Part shown: positions 21,435 through 30,267 of the stretch, piece after piece
Numbering within the stretch: position 1 is the first letter of the stretch
Layout of the letters: the number at the start of each line of letters is the position of its first letter
Assembly: GCA_963738405.1 (NCBI GenBank)
Contig: CAVTWJ010000023.1
Location: forward strand, 377,826-441,825
DNA: 64,000 nucleotides
Origin: a candidate division FCPU426 bacterium
GTDB lineage: Bacteria; Oederibacteriota; Muellerivitia; Muellerivitales; Muellerivitaceae
Direction: 5' to 3'
Made by a program: the position numbers and the translations under genes
Notes under the pieces: model-generated
Databases searched by the model: none
What the model was told of the DNA's origin: nothing
The model's input: the letters and a program-made list of their open reading frames with translations, nothing else

Positions 21435-21800
21435 CTACAAGGTCTTGGCGGGGCCGTGTTTTCCCTGGGGGGCGTGGTAATGGAGCACCTGAATATCCTG
21501 AACCGTCACCAGGCAGTGGGTGGGAAGCATGGGTTCAATTTCCCGAAGGGCCTTGCGGATCTGGGCGGGCCGATCCACCACCTCAATGAGCATGGGAAGG
21601 TTCTCGCTTAATTCCAAAACGCCCGAATCATGAATATGGGCTTTGGAGCCAAACCCCTCCACCGCCTTAAACACCGTGGCCCCGGCTATTTTTAGATCGA
21701 GAAGTTTCTGGACGATGGCCCGGTATAAAAGCTGATTTTTCCATTTCAAGTTCTCATCCAGGAAAATTCTTAACACTTTGCATTTGCCAACCAGTTTCAT
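21435..21800 (-). CDS. DUF190 (PII-like) protein
   Basis: LRIFLDE...LYRAIV...GATVFKAVEGFG...LSENLPMLIEVVD; typical crcB partner; GGAGG RBS. Confidence 0.88.
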   Translation of the reverse strand: MKLVGKCKVLRIFLDENLKWKNQLLYRAIVQKLLDLKIAGATVFKAVEGFGSKAHIHDSGVLELSENLPMLIEVVDRPAQIRKALREIEPMLPTHCLVTVQDIQVLHYHAPQGKHGPAKTL

Positions 21801-21904
21801 ACCCGCCTCCTGAATGGCTGCCAAAATTTCAAAAAACTTCCAAGCAGCCTTTCACCCCAAAAATCCCGGAGGAATCGTGGGGTTACCTTATGTTTTGACC
21901 AAAT

Positions 21905-22285
21905 CTACAAAACCTTCGCCAGGGTGATCCCGCCCCAGGTACCGAAAAGACATCCTCCCACGCTTAAGAGGATGTTTCCCGCCGCAAGCTTCCAATTGCC
22001 CTCTGAAATATAGCGGAAGGTATCCCAACTAAAGGTGGAGAAGGTGGTATAGGAGGCGCAAAAGCCCACGGTCAGGAAGAGCCGGATATTGGGTGAAAAG
22101 ACGCCCCTCTGCATATTCAAGGTCAAAACCCAGGCCATCACCAGGGAGCCGGTGATATTGATGAGGAGCGTCCCCCAGGCGAAGGTAGTTCCCCATTTTT
22201 CGGCGGACCAAAGGCCCAGGGCGTATCGGCTCCAGGCGCCCAAAATTCCCCCCGCCGCGATCCAAAGGTATCGATCCAAGTTCAT
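21905..22285 (-). CDS. crcB: Fluoride channel CrcB/Fluc
   Basis: GGILGAWSRY, GTLLINITGS, GFCASYTTFSTF motifs; GGGAGG RBS before ATG 22285. Confidence 0.93.
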   Translation of the reverse strand: MNLDRYLWIAAGGILGAWSRYALGLWSAEKWGTTFAWGTLLINITGSLVMAWVLTLNMQRGVFSPNIRLFLTVGFCASYTTFSTFSWDTFRYISEGNWKLAAGNILLSVGGCLFGTWGGITLAKVL

Positions 22286-22393
22286 CCTCCCAAAACAGTT
22301 TACAGGGCGGGGGCCGGTCCTTGCCATCTCTTCGCCCATGATTTTTCCCCCGCCAGCCAATAGAATGGGCGCACTTTTCGTAAAGGATCGACC

Positions 22394-23092
22394 ATGGCCA
22401 CCGTCACTTGTTTTCAACACATCGACTGTGAGGGTCCCGGAACGCTGGAGGAATTTCTCCGCTCCAAGGGAATCAAATTACAAATCCTCAAACCCTTTAA
22501 GGGCGATGCCATCCCCGAACAGCTGGGAGAGGGCCTGGTGATTTTGGGCGGGCCCATGGGCGTATATGAGGAAAGCCGGTACCCCTGGATGTCGGAAGAG
22601 CTTAACGCCATACGCGCCTGCTTACGAACCGGCAGGCCCATCCTTGGCATTTGCCTGGGCTCTCAAATGCTGGCCGCGGCCTCGGGCGGCCAGGTCTACA
22701 AGGGCGCCCTGCCGGAAGTGGGCTGGTATCCCCTTTCCCTTACCTACGATGGCAGGATGGACCCTCTTTTCCTGGGGCTGGACGAATCCCCCATGGCCTT
22801 CCATTGGCACGGCGACACCTTTTCTCTTCCCCCCGGCTCATTGAGGCTTGCCGAAAGCGCGCTCACACGAAACCAGGCCTTCCGCGTCGGGGTGAACGCC
22901 TACGGTTTTCAATTCCATCTGGAAACCACCGAGGAAATGGTTCGGAGCTGGGAAAAACTTTACGCCGCCGAGCTGTCCCCCCAAGGCGGGCCCAACCGTC
23001 CCGAACGGATCTCGGAAAATCTTTCCACCAACGCCAAGGCCCTGCGCCACACGTCCGAAAAGGTCTTCAGCCGTTGGGCCGCCCTCTTATAA
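22394..23092 (+). CDS. Class I glutamine amidotransferase-like protein
   Basis: LGGPMG, GICLGSQ nucleophile, WHGD, QFHLE triad. Confidence 0.9.
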   Translation: MATVTCFQHIDCEGPGTLEEFLRSKGIKLQILKPFKGDAIPEQLGEGLVILGGPMGVYEESRYPWMSEELNAIRACLRTGRPILGICLGSQMLAAASGGQVYKGALPEVGWYPLSLTYDGRMDPLFLGLDESPMAFHWHGDTFSLPPGSLRLAESALTRNQAFRVGVNAYGFQFHLETTEEMVRSWEKLYAAELSPQGGPNRPERISENLSTNAKALRHTSEKVFSRWAALL

Positions 23093-23123
23093 CTTAAACT
23101 AAAGTTAAGACCCTCATCCTCTT

Positions 23124-23747
23124 TTACTTCCGCCCCTGGATTTGCCTGATCTCAACCGAAACCTTGGCTTGTTTAACCGATTCCGGGCCTCCCTCCTCCA
23201 ATTCTGCGGGTCCCGCAACTTTCTTTTGAATCTCCTTCAATTCCTCCAGGTTCCCCATCAAGGTCCGGCAGAGGGGCTCACTGGAACCGCTGTCCTGGGA
23301 ATCCTTGTAGGCTTGGTTCAAGGGATTTTGGGTGTCCAAGGCCTGGAATAATTTCCTTGATTCCTCCGGCCCCAAGCCGATGGCGATGCCCTGCACGGCC
23401 TTTCGCTGCCAGTTGCCGATCCTCAAATGAAAGTCCTTATCCTCCGCGCGGTTGAATAAGTTATGACCTTCGAGAATCAAGTGATCCAGATAGGCCTTAA
23501 AAAAGGCCTCCGAGGTCTGGTCGAAGACTTCTTTTCTTTTGAGGGAATATTCAATCGAGGTGAACCAAAGAAAAACAAGCCAGACCAGCCCCCAAACCGT
23601 CCAGGGAATCGAAGAACTAAAGGGCGGGGGAAAAAGCCATTTCAGAATCAGGGGGGCCATAAGCAGGAGGCTGAAGAAAACCGCCAGCGCGGGAATTTGA
23701 AAGGTGAGCCGGATGATTTCAAACCGGTCTTGGAGCCATTTCTTCAT
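23124..23747 (-). CDS. Hypothetical protein with two N-terminal TM helices
   Basis: 207-aa ORF filling the gap between two clear genes; two hydrophobic segments. Confidence 0.6.
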   Translation of the reverse strand: MKKWLQDRFEIIRLTFQIPALAVFFSLLLMAPLILKWLFPPPFSSSIPWTVWGLVWLVFLWFTSIEYSLKRKEVFDQTSEAFFKAYLDHLILEGHNLFNRAEDKDFHLRIGNWQRKAVQGIAIGLGPEESRKLFQALDTQNPLNQAYKDSQDSGSSEPLCRTLMGNLEELKEIQKKVAGPAELEEGGPESVKQAKVSVEIRQIQGRK

Positions 23748-23837
23748 GCCAGAATCCTAGCGGATTAGAAGCCGAATTGGGAGTTCTATGCCTCCCTCTC
23801 CTGAGCCATAATGGGCCATCTTGAGGAGGGGGTGCCC

Positions 23838-24209
23838 ATGGCCGACAAACCGAAAATTCAATGGCTTTCCGAACCCGAGGACAAGGACTACCCGGCGGCC
23901 CAATCCTACCTGGGCCTTTTTCATAACGACACGGAGGCAAACACCTTGGTCGCGAAACTCAAGACCGCCAAAATCACCCAGTTCAAGGCCAAGGATATCT
24001 TTCGGGCTTCGGGTTTGTCCCTTCTGGGCGTCAGCAATTCGCATGTGACCAAGGACCAGCAAAAAATCAAGGACGGCAAATCAATGTCGCCTCTCCTGCT
24101 CGTTCGGGACCCTCAAAACGGCAAGGTCATCATCGCCGACGGCTACCATCGCCTCTGCGCGGTCTATAGCTTTGACGAGGATGAGCTGATCCCCTGCAAA
24201 ATCGTCTAA
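23838..24209 (+). CDS. Small stand-alone ParB/Srx-like domain protein
   Basis: SPLLLVR...IIADGYHRL motif; GAGGAGG RBS. Confidence 0.7.
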   Translation: MADKPKIQWLSEPEDKDYPAAQSYLGLFHNDTEANTLVAKLKTAKITQFKAKDIFRASGLSLLGVSNSHVTKDQQKIKDGKSMSPLLLVRDPQNGKVIIADGYHRLCAVYSFDEDELIPCKIV

Positions 24210-24221
24210 AAAACATGTGGT

Positions 24222-25664
24222 ATGTTTAAGGCCATGAACTCAACCCGGCCTTTTTTGAAACAGCTTCAGCCGATGGTGGTAGGCCTCTTAGCGGTCTTCC
24301 TGAGCCTGACAGCCCCGGCCGAGGCGCAAACCTACTTTGGCAACCAGTCCCTCATCACCACCACCTCCAGTTTCCCCCTTGATTCTGATACCGCCCGGGC
24401 TGATATCCGGTTCACCGCACAGCAATCGTCGCCCATCACCGAGGTTCAACTCTTCTTTTCGAATATCCAGGGCACGCCCGAATACACTGTAAGCCTCCAG
24501 TCCGACTCCGGCGGCCTTCCCAGCGGGACTCCCCTGGCGGGAACCACTTCCTTCACCCCCACCCTTTCAGCCAATGGGACTTGGACTGATATTCCGCTTA
24601 GTTCGCCGGTAAACGTGTCGGCGGGTACCGTCTATCACCTGGTGGTGGTCTGGGACAGCGGTTTTCCGGCCATCAGCCCGACGAATCGGGCGGTACTGGT
24701 CATTTCCACAACACCGGATAATTATTTTTATCCTGTGAACGGCGCCCCGGACGCCCAATTGGCCGTAGCGACAGATTCCGGCAACGGAACCTGGAACCCT
24801 CTGGCTCAAGAACCAATTTTTTTATTGAATTACTCGGGCACTTGGAGCGGAAATTCTTACATCAACACAGCCCCTCTTTTAGCAACGCTCGTGAACATGG
24901 CCACAGTAACAGCCGGGGAATATTTTTCAGTGGGCTCACCCCTCACCATCTCTTCGGTGGGGGCCTATGCCTCGGAGGCAAGCCCTGCCGACAATCTCTA
25001 TTGGACTCTCATCAATACTGCGGGGCCGGCCACCTTGGGCACCGGAACCCTGGCCACCCCCGCGCAGTTAGTCTCGGGTTCCGCCTGGGTAGATGCTCCC
25101 ATCGCGCCCCTGGTTCTTCCGACAGGAAATTATCTGTTGGAATTTACGTCGCCCTCAAGCGCCGCGGGCACCGGTTATTACCCCATGGCCTTGATGACTT
25201 CCGGGCTGCTCATGGGAGGGTTTCCGTGGGATCAAGTGACTTATGGTGGGGATAACTCCCATGGGGTATTCAGCACGAAAGTCGGCCTCTTCACCGTCTT
25301 TCTCGGGGGTGATTTCGACCTGGACTTCCGTTTCCAACTCGCCGTCCCCCCTACCCCCACGCCGGTGCCCCAAGCCAGCAATACCCTTTTTGTTTCATTA
25401 AACCTTTTTCAACCCTCACAGGGCCCGGTTTCCATTTTCCTTTCCACCAACCAATATCCAGGTGATCTGAGACTGAAGATTTACAATTCGGCAGGGGAAT
25501 ATATCCAAACTTTGGAGGACCGGCATATCACCTCGGCCTATCAAAATTCCTATTCGTGGAATGGAACCAACACGAAGGGGGATAAGGTGGCGGACGGGGT
25601 TTACTTTTTTCTTCTGACCGATCCCGCCGGTATCAAAAGAGCCAATTTGCTTGTGGTGAAATAA
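24222..25664 (+). CDS. Secreted beta-rich protein with C-terminal FlgD/T9SS-CTD-like domain
   Basis: Signal peptide (AEA-Q), PPTPTP linker, LKIYNSAGEYIQTL...WNGTNTKGDKVADGVYF...LLVVK. Confidence 0.8.
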   Translation: MFKAMNSTRPFLKQLQPMVVGLLAVFLSLTAPAEAQTYFGNQSLITTTSSFPLDSDTARADIRFTAQQSSPITEVQLFFSNIQGTPEYTVSLQSDSGGLPSGTPLAGTTSFTPTLSANGTWTDIPLSSPVNVSAGTVYHLVVVWDSGFPAISPTNRAVLVISTTPDNYFYPVNGAPDAQLAVATDSGNGTWNPLAQEPIFLLNYSGTWSGNSYINTAPLLATLVNMATVTAGEYFSVGSPLTISSVGAYASEASPADNLYWTLINTAGPATLGTGTLATPAQLVSGSAWVDAPIAPLVLPTGNYLLEFTSPSSAAGTGYYPMALMTSGLLMGGFPWDQVTYGGDNSHGVFSTKVGLFTVFLGGDFDLDFRFQLAVPPTPTPVPQASNTLFVSLNLFQPSQGPVSIFLSTNQYPGDLRLKIYNSAGEYIQTLEDRHITSAYQNSYSWNGTNTKGDKVADGVYFFLLTDPAGIKRANLLVVK

Positions 25665-25733
25665 GCCTCTGACCTCTTCTTTTGGGCCTTTATTCGGCCT
25701 TTCGCCCCTTTGCTTTCCTTTGAACTGTTCCTG

Positions 25734-25761
25734 GGAACCTTTTTCCACGACCTGTGTCCAA
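25734..25761 (+). promoter_or_regulatory. Putative ECF sigma promoter
   Basis: GGAACC-N16-GTCCAA, 45 nt upstream of ATG 25807. Confidence 0.5.
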
Positions 25762-25806
25762 TAAGACAAATGGCCTGCTAGGCCAATAAACTTAAGGAGA
25801 CAGGTC

Positions 25807-26703
25807 ATGCGATTAAACAAAAAGCTGTTGGTTGCGCTGTTAGTCCTCGCGGCCTCGAAGGCCCCCGCCGCGACCGTGGATCATGAAGTCAAATACCGCC
25901 TCGCCATCATGCAAGACGACCAGCTCATCCACCGGATCAGGCATCAAGCCTTTAACTTCCGGATGGAGATCGTGAACGACACCGACGGGGTGAAGTCCGA
26001 AACCGTCAAGAACGGGCACCCCTTCGTCACCGCCGTGAAGGGAGAGCGCTACTCGGTGAGGCTTTACAACCCCTTACCCGTCCGTGTGGCGGTGAACCTG
26101 ACCGTGGATGGGCTTAATTCCATCACCGGAAAGCCCAGCGGCATCGCCGACGGGGAAAAATGGATGATCGATCCTTATAGCTCCATCACCATTCCCGGCT
26201 GGCAGGTGAGCGACGGAGAGGCCCGGCGCTTCTTTTTCACCGACAAGCCCAAGTCTTACGCCAAGTGGCGGGAGGATGTGACGGGCCAAAATCTCTCGGC
26301 CAACTGCGGGGTCATCGGGGCGGCCTTCTTTTGGAGCCAGGCGGAACTGAACGAGTACTATGACGAAAACCCCCTCTACCGCTATTCGGACTCCCGCCCC
26401 AGGGCGGAAAAGAAAAGCCTGTTCGACATGCCTTCCAACTCCGTGGGGGGCGCCGTCCCCGCGCCGGAAGCGGAGGGTGCCATGCAAAAGGATGTTGAGG
26501 CGGACACTTCCGCGGCCGCTCCCGCCGAACAGGCCGGTACCGGCATGGGCGAAGGCGAATCCCACCCCACCATTCAGGTAGCCTTTAACTACGACACCGG
26601 GATGTATTCCCTGGATCAGGCGCTGGTGGTCTATTACGACTTCGATCAAACCCCAAGCCCCAACCCCTTTCCATCCCTGGGGTACGCACCGCAGATTCCG
26701 TAA
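25807..26703 (+). CDS. Secreted conserved hypothetical protein
   Basis: AAGGAG RBS, signal peptide, GERYSVRL...VDGLNSITG...IPGW...GVIGAAFF...GTGMGE; followed by a terminator. Confidence 0.8.
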   Translation: MRLNKKLLVALLVLAASKAPAATVDHEVKYRLAIMQDDQLIHRIRHQAFNFRMEIVNDTDGVKSETVKNGHPFVTAVKGERYSVRLYNPLPVRVAVNLTVDGLNSITGKPSGIADGEKWMIDPYSSITIPGWQVSDGEARRFFFTDKPKSYAKWREDVTGQNLSANCGVIGAAFFWSQAELNEYYDENPLYRYSDSRPRAEKKSLFDMPSNSVGGAVPAPEAEGAMQKDVEADTSAAAPAEQAGTGMGEGESHPTIQVAFNYDTGMYSLDQALVVYYDFDQTPSPNPFPSLGYAPQIP

Positions 26704-26756
26704 CACAGTTGGAAAAAGTCTGATTGAAACCATGACGGTTTCCGGTTTACTATTCG

Positions 26757-26786
26757 AGGGGCCCCAGGAGTCTGGGGCCCCTTTTT
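26757..26786 (+). terminator. Intrinsic terminator
   Basis: aggggccccag-gagt-ctggggcccct-tttt. Confidence 0.85.
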
Positions 26787-26829
26787 CATTTAACCGATAG
26801 GGCCGAATTCCAGATTCAAGGGGATCAAC

Positions 26830-27492
26830 ATGAATGCCATGTCACGGGTGGATGTTTTCGTAAACGTGCACAAGGGGCTTCGCCGGGGGCTGTTGGGGCT
26901 GGCGCTCCAGATCGGCCAGGTGGATTGGAAAGAAAAGGAAGAGGTCAGGGCCCTGGCCGAGGAAATGGCTAAGATCTTTCATTTTTTGAAGGAACACGCG
27001 GCCAACGAGGACGACATCCAATTTCCTCTGTTGGAACAAAGGGCGCCCGCCGCCGTTTCCCGGGAAAAGGCGGTCCACCGGATTCTGGAAGAAGAGTTGA
27101 AGCAATTGGAAGCGGAATGGAAAAAGGTTCAGGAAAGCCCGGACCCGGAAGAATCGGGTTACGAGTTTTACTTGGCCTACAACCGGTTCCTTTCCGGCTA
27201 CCTGGCCCATATGGACCGCGAAGAGACCGACATGACTTGGGATTTCTACAAGCTCTTTTCGGATGAGGAAATCAAAACGGGTTTTCAAAAGATCATCGCC
27301 CGCACCCCGCCCAAGGACATGGAGATGATGCTGGGCTACATGATCCCGGCCATGAACGGCTCGGAACGATTCGGTTTTCTTTCCAATTTAAAACAAGCGG
27401 CCCCGGCCGATGTTTTCGAACGGGTGAAGGACCTGGCCCAAAAGGTTTTGACGCCCAAGGATTGGGAAAAACTTTTAGCCCGGCTGGGATAG
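26830..27492 (+). CDS. Hemerythrin-like (HHE) domain protein
   Basis: HKGLR, HAANED..FP, H, HMDREE spacing of His/Glu ligands. Confidence 0.8.
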   Translation: MNAMSRVDVFVNVHKGLRRGLLGLALQIGQVDWKEKEEVRALAEEMAKIFHFLKEHAANEDDIQFPLLEQRAPAAVSREKAVHRILEEELKQLEAEWKKVQESPDPEESGYEFYLAYNRFLSGYLAHMDREETDMTWDFYKLFSDEEIKTGFQKIIARTPPKDMEMMLGYMIPAMNGSERFGFLSNLKQAAPADVFERVKDLAQKVLTPKDWEKLLARLG

Positions 27493-27516
27493 TTCAGAGG
27501 CAAAACCTTTTTCCCG

Positions 27517-28425
27517 CTAAAAGAAAAGCATCCCCCCAATGTTGACTGAGCCAAAATAGAGGGGCTCCTCCGTGAAGACATACTCAAAACGGCAATCCAG
27601 AAGCAGCTTGGAATAGGGCGTAAAAGCGATGGGCAGGCCCAAGCCCCATTGGAGGGAGGCCGCGGTATCAAGTTCCTCCGGGGTTTGAATTTCGGTGTTC
27701 GTCTGGGTACTGGTATCCCAAATCCAAACTTTCGCGCTTCCCAGGTGGTCGGCGTAAATTCCCCCGCCGCCTATCAAGTACAGGGGAACGTCCCCCTTCG
27801 CGGAAAAAGGATAAACCTTTCCAACCACCGCGAAGTTTCCAGCGTAAAAATTGGAGTTCCCGTTGGGCGTTTGGGTCGGTGTCAGGGGAGGTAAAGGTAG
27901 AACGGGATTATTAGTCGGCTCCAAAAAATCCACCTGGATGCCCGCGGCCCATTCAGGAGAAACCTGCAAGCCGCAATAGATGCTTTCCTGGATACCCTGG
28001 GTCCAGTTTCGAAGGATGTGATCGGTACGGATAGGAAAGTTCATCCCGGCTGAAATGGATAATTCCAGTGTCCGCAGATTGGGATAAGGAAGGGGTGTCG
28101 TCAGGGGAGGAACAGGGTTCAAGGGCGGTTGGGTGAGAAAATATTCCAGGGTTGGATTGTCCGGATGGGCGTCCAGGGCCTGCTCGTAATAGGGGATCGC
28201 GTCCACTTTACGCCCCAGGCTTATATAGACATCGCCGATGGCCTCCAGCACCACCCAATTTTTCTTGTCCTGTTTGAGGGCCTTTTGATAAAGGGCGAGG
28301 GCTTCCGAGTATTGGCCTTTAAGATACAGTTCCCTGCCGCGCTGGTAGGGGTCCGGGGTTTTCGCCACCGCCAGGGATGCCTGACCTATCGTCAGCGCTA
28401 TAAGAATCCAAAACCTTTTCTTCAT
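27517..28425 (-). CDS. Secreted TPR protein with C-terminal outer-membrane beta-barrel-like domain
   Basis: Signal peptide, GQYSEALALYQKAL and AIPYYEQAL TPRs, Pro linker, amphipathic strands, terminal Phe. Confidence 0.7.
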   Translation of the reverse strand: MKKRFWILIALTIGQASLAVAKTPDPYQRGRELYLKGQYSEALALYQKALKQDKKNWVVLEAIGDVYISLGRKVDAIPYYEQALDAHPDNPTLEYFLTQPPLNPVPPLTTPLPYPNLRTLELSISAGMNFPIRTDHILRNWTQGIQESIYCGLQVSPEWAAGIQVDFLEPTNNPVLPLPPLTPTQTPNGNSNFYAGNFAVVGKVYPFSAKGDVPLYLIGGGGIYADHLGSAKVWIWDTSTQTNTEIQTPEELDTAASLQWGLGLPIAFTPYSKLLLDCRFEYVFTEEPLYFGSVNIGGMLFF

Positions 28426-28427
28426 CT

Positions 28428-28772
28428 TCAATTCACCAGAGTTCGATAACTGAAATAACTCAACCCCGCCGCTGCGATTCCGTGAAACAAGACACGGAAA
28501 TCCAACAGATTCCCGATGGACAGGCCGAACAAAACCACGATTCCGACCCAGCACAAACTGCCGGCTAAGGCGATCGCGGCCAGTGTTTTATCCTTTGGCC
28601 GGGCATTGCGGAGGAAATTAAGTGCGGCCAAAAGGCTCGCCGCCAGAACGCCGGAAAGGGACCACACAAAAAGCCCCGTTCCGAATGCGGTCAGCTTGAG
28701 GGTTCCAAACAAATGGCCCAGGGCCGCGAAGGCCATGAGAGCGCAAAAAAACCGATCCATGATTTTGTTCAT
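28428..28772 (-). CDS. Small four-TM membrane protein
   Basis: Four hydrophobic segments; ATGA overlap with the upstream cyclase; stop 2 nt before the next start. Confidence 0.7.
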   Translation of the reverse strand: MNKIMDRFFCALMAFAALGHLFGTLKLTAFGTGLFVWSLSGVLAASLLAALNFLRNARPKDKTLAAIALAGSLCWVGIVVLFGLSIGNLLDFRVLFHGIAAAGLSYFSYRTLVN

Positions 28773-30154
28773 TTGTACTCCCCGTATTGGGCCTGGATCT
28801 CAACCTGGGCGCTCACGCCCGAAAGAATGTAGTTCAGCACATACTTGTGCCGCTCATCCCCCCAAAGATCCTTCTTCACTTGCGTTTCGTCAGGGGAAAG
28901 CGGGTCATGCTCCACAATGACTTTATCAGCCGAAATATCTTTACCATCCAAATTGACCGTCCAGTTGATGGTCCAAAAGAGGGTTCGGTGTTTCTTGACC
29001 CCCTTGGATGCGAGAACCACATTCCCCTGTGCTGACTTAACAGTGAAAGAAATAGCCGCCTTGTGGTCGTGTTTCACGCCCGCGTCGTCGTAGGTGGCGT
29101 AGTCATTGGAATCGGAAAAAGTCTCTTCATTTTTCCCGTGAGCCTCGTAGCTGGTATTTCTCTCCAGTCCGGGCAGGCCGTAGTATTCAAATTGAGGGCG
29201 CAGGATGTTTCTTCCACGGGTAACGGTGATGGGGGAATAGTAGCGCGTGATGTAGCTGACGTCGTAATAGATCAAGTGACTGCCGGGCTCGATCTTGGTG
29301 ATGCACTTGCGCAGATGGTCTTCCGGCTGCCCTTCCAGTTGTAGCCGGGTCCCGTGATCAAGCATTACATCCGTTGTGTCGGTGCGGACCCCCAGATCCT
29401 CAAAGGTTACCGAGGTGAATTTGAAAGCTAGAAACGCCAAAACCGCCAAGGCTCCGGCCAACACCAGCGCCAGGGCTGGCATGAAACGGGGCAAATGGGT
29501 TTGCTTATGAGCGCCCTGGGGCGCTTGGGGCTTTACGGCGGCGGGTTGGTAGGCCTCGTAAATTTCCAAGGGCTCGTCGATGCCCTTCACTTGGTACTTC
29601 CCGTGCGAAACCCAAGCCGCTTCTTGGGCCCGGCCCGAAAGCCAGCCCTTGGCGGAGTCAAAAACGCTGTAGGTCAAGTAAACATGACCGCCACCGGCCA
29701 AACCCTCCACCCGCGAGGCCCGGTTCACGTGCCGGCCGAAGACATCCATGTTCATCTTGTCTTCCACGGTCACCTGGCCCATGTGGAGACCGATGCGGAC
29801 CAAAATCGGGGGCAATTCGGGGCGGGAGGCGTTGAGCTTGCGGAGTCCTTCTTGAATTTCCAGGGCCCTCGCTACCGCCGTGGAAGGTTCGGAAAACACG
29901 GCCATCACCGCGTCGCCGATGTGCTTGATGACCCGCCCGGCGCCGTCCCGCTCGATGATGGGAACCAGCAGGGAGTCGTGGCTTTGGCGGACCTCGTTGG
30001 AAAAAGCGTCCCCCCGCTCTTCGGTCAGCCGGGTGAAGCCTTGGATGTCCGTAAACATGATGGTGAGGACGGAGGTGTTCCGGCTCTGCCGGAACCGGTC
30101 AACGAGCGTAAGTTCGGTTTCGTTGATCCGAAGGTCGTTGGTGGGGTCGTTCAT
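28769..30154 (-). CDS. Class III adenylate cyclase with one TM helix and an extracytoplasmic domain
   Basis: MFTDIQGFT, KHIGDAVMA, RIGLHMG, DVFGRHVNRASRVE (Lys/Asp specificity pair of adenylyl cyclases); TM ALALVLAGALAVLAFLAF. Confidence 0.88.
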   Translation of the reverse strand: MNDPTNDLRINETELTLVDRFRQSRNTSVLTIMFTDIQGFTRLTEERGDAFSNEVRQSHDSLLVPIIERDGAGRVIKHIGDAVMAVFSEPSTAVARALEIQEGLRKLNASRPELPPILVRIGLHMGQVTVEDKMNMDVFGRHVNRASRVEGLAGGGHVYLTYSVFDSAKGWLSGRAQEAAWVSHGKYQVKGIDEPLEIYEAYQPAAVKPQAPQGAHKQTHLPRFMPALALVLAGALAVLAFLAFKFTSVTFEDLGVRTDTTDVMLDHGTRLQLEGQPEDHLRKCITKIEPGSHLIYYDVSYITRYYSPITVTRGRNILRPQFEYYGLPGLERNTSYEAHGKNEETFSDSNDYATYDDAGVKHDHKAAISFTVKSAQGNVVLASKGVKKHRTLFWTINWTVNLDGKDISADKVIVEHDPLSPDETQVKKDLWGDERHKYVLNYILSGVSAQVEIQAQYGEYK

Positions 30155-30267
30155 GCCGCTAATAATCTCACGGGAGGCAAACCAGGACTAGAAAAAATGA
30201 AGTTCTAATCTTCACTCACTGAAATTCCAAAAATCCCTTTGTTTCAACCAGCTTTAAGCCCCTTTTA

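Noticed and set aside
22286..22393. Canonical fluoride riboswitch upstream of crcB
   Set aside because: The conserved GGCGAUG...UGAUG pattern is not visible; only a generic hairpin (reported as a finding).
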